From: an uncultured Clostridia bacterium
Lineage (GTDB): Bacteria; Bacillota; Clostridia; TANB77; CAG-508
Reading direction: 5' to 3'
Length of the DNA: 64,000 bases
NCBI GenBank assembly: GCA_947593355.1
Contig: CANQDO010000001.1
Coordinates: 169 to 64,168, forward strand
The notes below the pieces were generated by a model, which did no database searches, was not told the DNA's origin, and saw only the letters and a list, made by a program, of their open reading frames with translations. Numbering within the stretch: position 1 is the stretch's first letter; each line of letters opens with the position of its first letter. Positions 18,838 to 28,389 of the stretch are shown one piece after another. The position numbers were made by a program, and so were the translations under genes.

Positions 18838-21800
18838 ATGAAACACAAAAAATTATTAGTAATAGTTTTGGTAGTTATACTTTTATTATCGCAATTTAGC
18901 TTTATTAGGTTAGGTAGTAATATTGTATATGCAATAGATACTAAAGCAGAACCTGAAGTAAGTGCTAAGCGATATTTTTATGACCAACTTACACAAGAGG
19001 GTAAAAATATTTATCAAGCATTAGAAAAAATGGAAAGAGAAAAAATATTACAACAAAACGGAAGTCTAGATATTTTAGCAGAAGGTTTTGTTACAGAAGA
19101 ACAAGTAATAGGATTCACAAATGGCTCTCAAGAGTTACTTTCAACATTTGGTGCAGCAAGAGATGCATTTCAATATGATAATCCAAAAGTTTTTTATATT
19201 GATTACTCTGCATTAACATTAAGAGTAACTAAAGGAAACGATGGATATCACGCGTATATTGGACCAGGTAGAAAAGATACATATTATTTACCAGGGTTTG
19301 ATGCAAATAATATAGAAAGTAAAATAACAGCATTTAATGAAAAATTAAGTGAAGTTGTAGGAACAATACAATCAGAAGCAGAGCAAAAACTTCAAGAAGA
19401 ATTAGAAGATGCTCAAGAAATAGACCCAGTAGAAAGAACAAAAATGTTAGTAAAAACAGCTCATGATTGGGTAACTCATAACATGATGTATAAATTTGAA
19501 TATGAAGTAACAGGGTTTAATTCAGCAGAAGAATATAGTAATGCAAGAACAGCGTATGACTGTTTAATGTTTGGAGAAGGAGTTTGTGAAAGTTACACAA
19601 GAGGTTTTAAAGCAATATTAGATGAACTTGATATTCCATGCGTATGTGTTTACGGATTATATAAAGTATCAGATGTACAAGATGAAGAACATATTTGGAA
19701 TTATGTTTATGTAGATGGAAAATGGTATGGAGTAGATGTTACACATGATGATCCAGTAGTTAGAAAAGGACCAGGTGCAAATCAAAAGGTTTCAAACAGA
19801 GAAACAAACCAATACTTACTTGTAGGTCAAATAGACTTAAACTCACATCACATACCATCAGGAATTTTATCACCTGCTAATTATGAGTTTAGTTATCCAG
19901 AGCTTTCAGAAACAACTATTGAAGGTGAAGAATTTTATAATCAAGGGTTATTTAAAATAAGAACTTATGGAATGAATTATACAGAAGGTGGCGAACATTC
20001 AGGCGGTGTTGGCACAGGCAGTGGAGATGAATCAATTAAAACAACTGAAGTATGGGTTAGTTATGATGGAAAGAATTATACACAAAATGCAGAAAATGGC
20101 ATTTATATGTTAGCTCGTTTTGCAGAATTTGATGAAAGTTCAAGTGAATGGTTATATACAAGTTGGGGCTATATGACACCAGAATTGTATGACTCATCAG
20201 TATTAGAAGGAAAGAAAACACTTAAACCAGGTACAGAAGAAAATCCTGAATATGAATATTCTAACTATTCTGAATTTATGGGTGGAAATTATGTATGTTT
20301 CCCAATGCCACATTTAGGTTTAATACAATTTGCTGTAACAGATGTAGCACCAAAGTATAAAACACCAGAAGAAATATTAGCAGGTGGTTTATATTATCAA
20401 GGTTCTCCAACATTACTAACAGAAAGAACCGAAGAAATTATAAATCCATATGAATTATATAAAGCACCACCACATATTTCAAAGGCAACACCAGCACAAT
20501 ATTTAAAATTAGGCTTTGGTAATACATATCATATGAAACTTTATTATGATGATGTATTTGAACCAATAAAAGATGAAGAAGGAAATCCAACAGGCGAAAA
20601 GATAGAAGCAGTTATCGTAGATGCTATTGGAGGATCTGAATGGAAAACAAGACCAAGTGCATTAGAAGGAAGCACAATTACTAGTTTTTCATACAATTTA
20701 GGTAAACAAGCTGAAGGAAGTTTTGGTGATGATGAAGCAGGATTAGAAGCAAAAAGAAAAGCACAAGAAAATGCGGTAATAGAATTTGATTTTACACCTA
20801 GTGATTTATTTGCAAACAATGAAACACTTTACACAATAGAAATAAGAGGTGTACAAGGAATAAGCAGTGGAAAAAGACCTATAACTGCAAGTTGGGGTGT
20901 AGGAGCTCCAAATGGATTATGTAGTATAAGGGTAGCTCAAGGACTTGAAAATCAATTATTTGCACAACCAGAATTAATGGACGTAACAGGTTCAATAAAT
21001 GGATGGGAAGGTCTTGGAGGAGACGATTTAAGTGAATTAAATGGAGTAGATTTAAGTCAATTAACACACCGTTTAGCATTAGTTACAACTACAACAACAG
21101 AACAAGAAAACAAGGACATGTTAGATGAAGTTGGAATAGACCCAGAAGATGAAAACATTATAACAGAAACATATAATATAAAATTACAAGTATGCTGTAA
21201 AACAGTTGTAAAAACAGGAACAAAATTAAGGTTATGCGTAGGATTCCCAGAAGGAACAACTTATGAAGATTACTTAAGTGGAAATAAAGAATTCAAAGTA
21301 TACCACTACAAATACAATGATTTTGGTGAAATAACAGGTAGTGAACCAATAGATGTTATAGTTACAAGGCAAGGCTTAATATTATATGTAGATTCATTCA
21401 GTCCGTTCACTATTGCAGCAGTGCCAGGAACAGGTGCAGTTCCACAAGAAAAACAAGTAGTACTTGCAAGTTCTGAAGGAGGAACTATTAAATATCAAGG
21501 CAGTGAAACAAGTACAATTAATATGAATGAAGTAGAAGAAATAGAATTACAAATTGAACCAGAAAAAGATGAGGAAGGCAACAATACAAAAGTTATAAAA
21601 AGTGTTACAGTAGGCGATTTAGCAATACCAGTTGAAAATAAAGATGGAATGACAATAAAAGTAAAAGCAAGTGATTTAGGAATAGGAACAACAACAGTAC
21701 ATGCAGCATTTATGTCAAAAGCAGTTGAACAAATAGATGAAACAAAAGGTGAAACAGAAGTAGTTTCTGAACAACCAACATTTGTAGTAAGCTTAGAAAC

Positions 21801-22632
21801 AGCAGCAAAAGACTTAAAAACTGGTGATACATTTAAAGTTAGGGCTGATTTAAAAGATTTTCAAAGTATTACTGATGGAATAATTACATTCTCAGGTAAA
21901 TTAGAGTATGATGAAAATGTATTTGAACTAACAAATATAACAGGATTAAATGATTGGGAAATAGACTTTGAAAAAGATTATAATAATGGCAATATAGTAT
22001 TAGATAGACCAAATCAATTAAAACTAGAACCTGATGAAACAAGTGAAATTTTTGAAGCAACTTTCAACGTTATAGATAGTACTAAAGCAGAAGAAACAGA
22101 GACTATCATGTTAAATTTAATTAGTGCTGGAACTGGCAAAGATGACAATGGACTTATAGTTTTAGGAAATACTGCACAAGTAGATGTTACAATAAGGCAT
22201 TTAATAGATTCTGAAAAATATAAAATAGATGAACGATACCAAATAATATCAAAAATTATACCAGGAACAACAATAGCTGAATTTAAGCAAAATGTAACAG
22301 CAAAAAATGATAGACAAATAACATTTAAAGACAAAAATGGAACTACGATAGAAAACGATAGTACAGTTCTTACAACTGGTATGAATATAGTAGTAGGAGA
22401 TCCAGAAGTAACATATACTATTGTAGTAACAGGAGATATTGACGGAGATAGTAAAATTTCAGTAAACGATTTAGCTAAAATAAAATTGCATTTAGTTTCA
22501 ATAAAAACAATTAGTGAAGAAGAAAATAGAATTCAGTATGTAGCAGCTGATATAGACTATAATGATAGCATAGGAATAAATGATTTAGCAAAAATGAAAT
22601 CAATAATAATAGGTGCTACAGCACTTGAATAA
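18838..22632 (+). CDS. large secreted protein: signal peptide, transglutaminase-like cysteine protease core, cohesin-like module and C-terminal type-I dockerin
   Basis: Signal peptide. Cys-His-Asp core (GVCESYTRGF...EHIWNYVYVDGKWYGVDVTHDD). Cohesin-like segment (FSGKLEYDENVFELTNITGLNDWEIDF...). Dockerin duplicated Ca-binding repeats (GDIDGDSKISVNDLAKIKLHL...ADIDYNDSIGINDLAKMKSII). Confidence 0.75.
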   Translation: MKHKKLLVIVLVVILLLSQFSFIRLGSNIVYAIDTKAEPEVSAKRYFYDQLTQEGKNIYQALEKMEREKILQQNGSLDILAEGFVTEEQVIGFTNGSQELLSTFGAARDAFQYDNPKVFYIDYSALTLRVTKGNDGYHAYIGPGRKDTYYLPGFDANNIESKITAFNEKLSEVVGTIQSEAEQKLQEELEDAQEIDPVERTKMLVKTAHDWVTHNMMYKFEYEVTGFNSAEEYSNARTAYDCLMFGEGVCESYTRGFKAILDELDIPCVCVYGLYKVSDVQDEEHIWNYVYVDGKWYGVDVTHDDPVVRKGPGANQKVSNRETNQYLLVGQIDLNSHHIPSGILSPANYEFSYPELSETTIEGEEFYNQGLFKIRTYGMNYTEGGEHSGGVGTGSGDESIKTTEVWVSYDGKNYTQNAENGIYMLARFAEFDESSSEWLYTSWGYMTPELYDSSVLEGKKTLKPGTEENPEYEYSNYSEFMGGNYVCFPMPHLGLIQFAVTDVAPKYKTPEEILAGGLYYQGSPTLLTERTEEIINPYELYKAPPHISKATPAQYLKLGFGNTYHMKLYYDDVFEPIKDEEGNPTGEKIEAVIVDAIGGSEWKTRPSALEGSTITSFSYNLGKQAEGSFGDDEAGLEAKRKAQENAVIEFDFTPSDLFANNETLYTIEIRGVQGISSGKRPITASWGVGAPNGLCSIRVAQGLENQLFAQPELMDVTGSINGWEGLGGDDLSELNGVDLSQLTHRLALVTTTTTEQENKDMLDEVGIDPEDENIITETYNIKLQVCCKTVVKTGTKLRLCVGFPEGTTYEDYLSGNKEFKVYHYKYNDFGEITGSEPIDVIVTRQGLILYVDSFSPFTIAAVPGTGAVPQEKQVVLASSEGGTIKYQGSETSTINMNEVEEIELQIEPEKDEEGNNTKVIKSVTVGDLAIPVENKDGMTIKVKASDLGIGTTTVHAAFMSKAVEQIDETKGETEVVSEQPTFVVSLETAAKDLKTGDTFKVRADLKDFQSITDGIITFSGKLEYDENVFELTNITGLNDWEIDFEKDYNNGNIVLDRPNQLKLEPDETSEIFEATFNVIDSTKAEETETIMLNLISAGTGKDDNGLIVLGNTAQVDVTIRHLIDSEKYKIDERYQIISKIIPGTTIAEFKQNVTAKNDRQITFKDKNGTTIENDSTVLTTGMNIVVGDPEVTYTIVVTGDIDGDSKISVNDLAKIKLHLVSIKTISEEENRIQYVAADIDYNDSIGINDLAKMKSIIIGATALE

Positions 22633-22644
22633 AAAGGAGATATT

Positions 22645-23580
22645 ATGAAAAATATAATTAAAATAAGTATTATAAGTACAATAATATTAATATTAACTGT
22701 AATGTGCATACCAGCAAATGTGTTTGCATCAATTACAGGAGGTGCTATGGTTATAAACACAGAAAAAGATACATATAACCAAAATGATACAATAGTAGTA
22801 GAATTTAAATTATCTAATTTAAACTCAACTAAAGGAATAATAGCATTAAAAGCTACATTAGAATATGATAAAACAAATTTAGAATTAGTATATGATAATG
22901 AAAATGAAGCTTATGCATTAGAAGGAAAAAATACTTGGTCTACACCAACATACAATGCTAGTACAGGAGAATTAGTAACAGATAGAAATTCTTATGCAAC
23001 TAGAGATGAAGTAGTATTTACTGCTACATTTAAAGTAAAAACACAAAATGCTTCAGACGTAGCAATAACTTTAAAAGATATTGAAGTTGCAGATGGAGAA
23101 GATGAAAATGGTGAAGGAACACTAACTAGTGCTACTAAAAAATTAACAATAGGAAATGTTACACCAGTAACACCACCAGATGATGGAGATGATGATGACA
23201 ACCCAGGTGGAACTAGCGGAGGAAATACTGGAAGTGGCAATACAGGAAATAGCGGTAATACTGGAAACAGTGGAAATACAGGCAATAGTGGAAATACTGG
23301 AAGTAGTGGAAATTCTGGAAATACAGGTAATACAGGTAACAGTGGTAATACAGGAAACGGTAGTGGAAACACTGGAAATAATAATGGAACAAGTGGAGGA
23401 ACTACTAATGGTGGCAATGGAGCAAATAAAGGCGACGGTTCTGTAAATGCAGGTAAATTACCTCAAACAGGTGTAAACAATATAATGTTAGTTGCACTAA
23501 TAACTATAGCAGTAGTAATTATGCTAGTAGTAATTGTAAAGAATATACAAGTTAATAAAGAAATAAAGAGAAGAAAATAA
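22645..23580 (+). CDS. sortase-anchored (LPQTG) cell-wall protein with an N-terminal cohesin domain and a (GNT/GNS)n linker
   Basis: Signal peptide. Cohesin-like beta-sandwich segment (VEFKLSNLNSTKGIIALKATLEYDKTNLELVYDNENE...). LPQTG, hydrophobic helix and RRK tail. Confidence 0.75.
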   Translation: MKNIIKISIISTIILILTVMCIPANVFASITGGAMVINTEKDTYNQNDTIVVEFKLSNLNSTKGIIALKATLEYDKTNLELVYDNENEAYALEGKNTWSTPTYNASTGELVTDRNSYATRDEVVFTATFKVKTQNASDVAITLKDIEVADGEDENGEGTLTSATKKLTIGNVTPVTPPDDGDDDDNPGGTSGGNTGSGNTGNSGNTGNSGNTGNSGNTGSSGNSGNTGNTGNSGNTGNGSGNTGNNNGTSGGTTNGGNGANKGDGSVNAGKLPQTGVNNIMLVALITIAVVIMLVVIVKNIQVNKEIKRRK

Positions 23581-23592
23581 TTTATAAAATAT

Positions 23593-23626
23593 CCCTTTAA
23601 AGAATGTTCTTTAAAGGGAATTTTTA
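23593..23626 (+). terminator. rho-independent terminator
   Basis: Perfect 12-bp stem CCCTTTAAAGAA/TTCTTTAAAGGG followed by a T tract. Confidence 0.7.
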
Positions 23627-23754
23627 TCTATAATATAAGTTTCAAAAATATTGCGTTTTAAAATAAGATATGATAAAATTTGAAACAGTAAATATGTAAT
23701 TAGTGTTGGTCAGACGCTTGTAACTTCATTAAATAATTTTAAAGGAGAGGCATA

Positions 23755-24009
23755 ATGTCTAAAAATAATGAAGAAGAAATTAATGAAAGAATTGATTTCA
23801 TTGAAAAAATTGCCGAAAAATATTCCAAAGATATGCTAGAAGAAATTTTTGGAATAAAGGTAAAGAAGGTGGCAGGGGAAAAGTGGCTATACAATGTTTA
23901 CAGAGATGAAAACATAGTTATTGAAAACGCATATCCATGGGATATAGAACTGGTTTTTGAAGCTATAGCTAAAAAGTTTGCAAAAACTCTGTGTAGTGAT
24001 GAAAATTAA
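23755..24009 (+). CDS. small hypothetical acidic protein
   Basis: Strong RBS AAAGGAGAGG. 84 aa. Confidence 0.45.
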   Translation: MSKNNEEEINERIDFIEKIAEKYSKDMLEEIFGIKVKKVAGEKWLYNVYRDENIVIENAYPWDIELVFEAIAKKFAKTLCSDEN

Positions 24010-24093
24010 TAGAAAAATAAAATAACGCATATTCTGACCGTATGTGTTATTTTCATAAATATACATAGTTATAAAAAATAGGAGAATAATGAA

Positions 24094-25134
24094 ATGCAAA
24101 AAAGAAATATAGGGTTAGATATATTAAGAATAATATCAATGATGATGATAATAACATTACATATGCTAGGAAAAGGAAAATTTTTGGCATATGATAAAAA
24201 TACAAATTTATGGCAATTAGCATATATACTAGAAACGTTTTGTATTGTTGCAGTTAATTGTTATGTATTAATTACTGGATATTTTTCTGTAGATTCTACT
24301 TTTAAATGGAAAAAAGTATTTAGAATATGGGGATTAGTACTTTTTTATTCTATTTTTATATATGCAATTTTAATAATTACAGGTATAAGGCAATTTAATA
24401 TTGAAGAATGTATTAGAGCATTTTTCCCAATTTTGACAAAAGAATATTGGTTTGTAAACAGCTATTTAATGTTATATATTTTATCACCGTTTTTAAATAA
24501 ATTAATAAAAAGTTTAGAAAAGAAAGAATTTCAAAGATTATTAATAGTTTTATTAGTTGTTTTTTGCGTACTAACAAGTATTTTGCCATCAAAATATACT
24601 TTAGATGATACTAAAGGATATGGAATATTATGGTTTATTGTATTATATTTTGTATCAGCATATATAAGATTGCATGTAAATGTTAAACATAACAATAATA
24701 TTAATTTATGGGCATATGTAGGAATTACGGTAATATCTATAATAGTAGCAATTAGTTTAAGATATATGAGTATAAAAATAGGAATAAAGGATTACAGTAG
24801 CAGACTATATAATTATAATTTTATTTTTGTGTTTATATCTTCTGTATTTCTATTTCTTTACTTTTTAAAATTAAAAGTAAAATCAAAACAAATAGAAAAG
24901 GTAGTAAATGTAATTGTACCATTAACATTTTCAGTGTATTTAATACATGAACAACATTCATTAAGTAAAGTGTTATATTTTAACATACTTCATTTAGATA
25001 ATTACTATAATAATTTATTCCAAATATTTATTATAATATTTTACGTAATTTTAATATTTGGTTTATGTTGTATAATAGACTATATTAGAACATTCTGTAT
25101 AAAAAAAGGGAAAAAACTCTTCTTCGCAAAGTGA
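24094..25134 (+). CDS. acyltransferase family 3 (OatA-like) membrane protein
   Basis: N-terminus RNIGLDILRIISMMMIITLHM typical of acyltransferase_3. Ten TM helices. Confidence 0.75.
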   Translation: MQKRNIGLDILRIISMMMIITLHMLGKGKFLAYDKNTNLWQLAYILETFCIVAVNCYVLITGYFSVDSTFKWKKVFRIWGLVLFYSIFIYAILIITGIRQFNIEECIRAFFPILTKEYWFVNSYLMLYILSPFLNKLIKSLEKKEFQRLLIVLLVVFCVLTSILPSKYTLDDTKGYGILWFIVLYFVSAYIRLHVNVKHNNNINLWAYVGITVISIIVAISLRYMSIKIGIKDYSSRLYNYNFIFVFISSVFLFLYFLKLKVKSKQIEKVVNVIVPLTFSVYLIHEQHSLSKVLYFNILHLDNYYNNLFQIFIIIFYVILIFGLCCIIDYIRTFCIKKGKKLFFAK

Positions 25135-25148
25135 AGAAGAGTTTAATG

Positions 25149-26438
25149 TTATCTTAAAATTCTAAACCAATCAAAGAAAACATTTTGTAGCATATTATGA
25201 AGATTAATCTTTTTAACTTCAGTATTAGATACAATATTTACACTACAAAGAGTTTCACCATTTAATTTATATGAAACTTCTCCTATTTTTTGCCCAACTG
25301 CAATAGGAGCAGTAATATTATCAGGAATTGAAATGATTTCTTGAATATCAGTTCCAGTGCCTTTTTGAAGTAAAGTACCTGCATCTGATTCAAATATAGC
25401 CTCTACGTTACTTACTACACCTTTAGTAACATTTATGTTTTTTAGTACATCACCTTTTTTGGCAAATTGTTTAAAAGAATAATTACTAAATCCATAATCT
25501 AATAATTTTTGAGCCTCACTAAATCTAGTTTTAGTAGTAGGAGCCTTCATAATTACAGCAATTAAAGATAGCCCATCTCTTGTAGCACTTGCAGATAAAT
25601 TATATAGAGCCAAATCTGTAGAACCTGTTTTTAAACCAGTTGCTCCTGCATAGTTTCTAATAAGTTTATTAGTATTGGTAAGCTCAGATTTTCCGTCTCT
25701 TAAAGTATCCATCCAAATAGTAGTATAATTTGTAATAGATGGATGCTTTGTAAGTAGTTCTCTAGACATTAAAGAAATATCATAACTTGAAGTAACATGA
25801 CCATCAGTATCTAGCCCATGGCAATTCTTAAAAGTTGTATCATTCATACCAAGCTCTTTTGCTTTATTGTTCATTCGCTCTACAAAGGCCTCTTCAGAAC
25901 CAGCTAAAAATTCTGCCATAGCAACAGTACAATCATTTGCAGAAGCAACGCAAATAGCTTTTAACATCTCATCAACAGAAAGATTTTCAGTAACATCTAG
26001 CCAAATTTGAGAACCACCCATATTACTTGCATGTTCACTACATGGAACTTTATCTGTTAAAGAAATTTGACCGCTATCTAAAGCCTCCATAATTAACAAA
26101 ATACTCATTACTTTAGTAACAGAAGCTGGACGTAAAATTTCATGACTATTATGCTCATATAACACTTTTCCAGTAGATTGCTCAATTAATATTGCAGATG
26201 CAGACTCCAACTTTAAATCAACTGGACTTGCTGAAACTGCTGTATTTTGTATAGAATTGGTAGTGTTAGACCAAACATATACAGAATCTAATGTATCTGC
26301 GATACTTGCTGTATCTACTATTTTCATTTGGTTTGTAGTATCTATAGTATTTATATTGTCTATTGCAAAACTTAATGGCAATATAGAAAAAGAAGTAAAT
26401 ATAAAGATTATTAAAAAATATGCTATTTTTTTATACAT
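25149..26438 (-). CDS. serine-type D-Ala-D-Ala carboxypeptidase (PBP5/DacF family) with PBP5 C-terminal domain
   Basis: SxxK (ASVTKVM) and KTGST motifs. Signal peptide. AGGAGG RBS. Confidence 0.85.
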   Translation of the reverse strand: MYKKIAYFLIIFIFTSFSILPLSFAIDNINTIDTTNQMKIVDTASIADTLDSVYVWSNTTNSIQNTAVSASPVDLKLESASAILIEQSTGKVLYEHNSHEILRPASVTKVMSILLIMEALDSGQISLTDKVPCSEHASNMGGSQIWLDVTENLSVDEMLKAICVASANDCTVAMAEFLAGSEEAFVERMNNKAKELGMNDTTFKNCHGLDTDGHVTSSYDISLMSRELLTKHPSITNYTTIWMDTLRDGKSELTNTNKLIRNYAGATGLKTGSTDLALYNLSASATRDGLSLIAVIMKAPTTKTRFSEAQKLLDYGFSNYSFKQFAKKGDVLKNINVTKGVVSNVEAIFESDAGTLLQKGTGTDIQEIISIPDNITAPIAVGQKIGEVSYKLNGETLCSVNIVSNTEVKKINLHNMLQNVFFDWFRILR

Positions 26439-26495
26439 ATATGTAGACCTCCTAATTATATATTAAAATATATGTTGCTAAAGTGTAATAAAGAA

Positions 26496-26768
26496 CTAAA
26501 CTAATAGGGACGGGGTTAAATAGTTTAGTGAATTGATTATTCTATTGCAAAACATTAATATATTATTTATTTAGGAACTCCCAGCTGCATAATAGCTTGT
26601 TTAAAAAAATTATTTATGTAAAACAAGTTTTACAAAATAAATTTTTTTACAATCTATAATTTGCTGGTCCCCACAAAATGTTCCTAAATAAATAATATAT
26701 TAATGTTTTGCTTTTATAGTTGAAACTATTTTCACTAAACTATTTAACCCCGTCCCTATTAGTTTAGG
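26496..26768. mobile_element. MITE-like near-palindromic element, copy A (perfect 35-bp TIR CTAAACTAATAGGGACGGGGTTAAATAGTTTAGTG)
   Basis: Perfect terminal inverted repeats read directly. The interior is itself a long imperfect palindrome. The right TIR overlaps the stop and last codons of the minus-strand gene 26759-27481. Confidence 0.8.
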
Positions 26769-27481
26769 TAGAGTATTTTAGCAATATATGGAGTTATTTC
26801 ATTAATATTATACCAGCCAGAAGCTTTAGAAGTGTCATCTAAACCATTAGGGTTAGAAACATATACCATATTATAATCGTCACATGCAAGCAATACCATG
26901 AAGTGTGAAGCAGTGGTCCATCGGTTATCACAAGGCTTGTCCCATACACAAACTAAAATAGGTGTATCATTTTTTAAATGTTCAATAATATAATCATTAG
27001 ACATATGTTCAGAATCGTAATAAAAATTAGAATTAGGTATTCCAAAAGTGTTTGATAGTTCAGAAGGAATATTGTCTCCAGAAAGTACAGGATAATATTT
27101 TACTCTTAAATCTTCAGGGGTATAATCCATATTATAACCACTAAGTATTATGGACATTGAGGTTATTCCACAACCTTCATAAGACATAACACTATCCCAA
27201 TATGCATTATTACTCCATGAAGAGTTTCCATTTTGTTTAAATTCTTTATATGTTTTTCCGGTATAAGTGGTAAATGTTGTAGAATAACCATCTTTGTCAG
27301 TTACAGTTTGCCTTCCAATACCAGAATAGTTTTCATTTTCGTATTTTGCAGTTATATTAATAGATAATTGGGTAGAATTACTAGGTTTATTATTAAAAAA
27401 TAGAAATATAATAATTCCTACTATAAATAAAGTGGCTAGTAGTCTTTTAAAGTTTATTCGAAATTTACGTTTTCTCTTCAT
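26759..27481 (-). CDS. membrane-anchored C39-like (papain-fold) cysteine peptidase domain protein
   Basis: N-terminal TM. Putative catalytic Cys (YEGCGITSMSIIL) and His (TTASHFMVLLA). Confidence 0.5.
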   Translation of the reverse strand: MKRKRKFRINFKRLLATLFIVGIIIFLFFNNKPSNSTQLSINITAKYENENYSGIGRQTVTDKDGYSTTFTTYTGKTYKEFKQNGNSSWSNNAYWDSVMSYEGCGITSMSIILSGYNMDYTPEDLRVKYYPVLSGDNIPSELSNTFGIPNSNFYYDSEHMSNDYIIEHLKNDTPILVCVWDKPCDNRWTTASHFMVLLACDDYNMVYVSNPNGLDDTSKASGWYNINEITPYIAKILYLN

Positions 27482-27694
27482 ATAAAACTCATTCCTTTCT
27501 TTTTAAAGATTTTATAAAATGATTAATGTAGCAAAATATGAGCTTGTAATAAGATTATATATAAGGCGAAAGAAAACTGTTTTAAGAAAACATTAAAAAA
27601 ATCTTAACATTTTCTTACAAATTTAGAACTTACTTTTTTAATAAGTAAATATATGTTATAATTAGTAAAAACCTTGAAAAAAGGAATGAGAGCG

Positions 27695-28375
27695 ATGAAT
27701 ATTTTAGTATTAGATGATGAAAAAGAAATAGCAGATTTAGTGGAATTATATTTGAAAAATGAAAATTATAATGTTTACAAATTTTATGAATCAAAAGATG
27801 CAATAAATTGCATAGATACAGAAAAATTAGACTTGGCTATATTAGATGTAATGATAAAAGAAAAAAATGGATTTGAAATTTGCCAATATATTAGAGATAA
27901 AAATTTGAAGTTTCCTGTTATAATGCTTACTGCCAAAATAGAAGATAAAGATAAAATAACAGGGCTTACACTTGGAGCAGATGACTATATAACGAAGCCA
28001 TTTAATCCACTTGAGTTAATTGCAAGAGTAAAATCAGCATTAAGAAGATACACAAAATATAATGATAAAGATGAAGAGAAAAAGATATATATTGATGGAT
28101 TAGAAATAGATAAAACAAAGCATAAATGTATTCTTTATGATGAAGAGGTAGAGCTCACCCCTTTAGAATTTGACATTTTATTATATTTAGCAAACAAAAG
28201 AGGAAATGTTGTGAGTTCAGAAGAATTATTTGAAAATGTATGGAAGGAAAAGTATTTAGATAATAACAATACGGTAATGGTACATATACGAAGAATAAGA
28301 GAAAAACTAAAAGAAGATACGAAAAAACCAAAATTTATAAAGACGGTTTGGGGAGTAGGCTATAAAATAGATTAA
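27695..28375 (+). CDS. OmpR-family response regulator (VanR-like)
   Basis: MNILVLDDE receiver domain plus winged-helix C-terminus. ATG 27695 follows AAGGAA. Confidence 0.85.
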   Translation: MNILVLDDEKEIADLVELYLKNENYNVYKFYESKDAINCIDTEKLDLAILDVMIKEKNGFEICQYIRDKNLKFPVIMLTAKIEDKDKITGLTLGADDYITKPFNPLELIARVKSALRRYTKYNDKDEEKKIYIDGLEIDKTKHKCILYDEEVELTPLEFDILLYLANKRGNVVSSEELFENVWKEKYLDNNNTVMVHIRRIREKLKEDTKKPKFIKTVWGVGYKID

Positions 28376-28389
28376 GGGGAGAAAAGTAG

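Noticed and set aside
22992-23446. ORFs on both strands (141 aa minus, 88 aa plus) across the cohesin gene.
   Set aside because: They are produced by the hexanucleotide tandem repeat (GNT/GNS linker). The repetitive translation has no independent start signals.
26496-26768. Retron msr/msd or another structured ncRNA explanation for the long hairpin elements.
   Set aside because: No reverse transcriptase gene is adjacent. There are four dispersed copies with perfect TIRs, and stop-codon-abutting insertion fits a MITE better.
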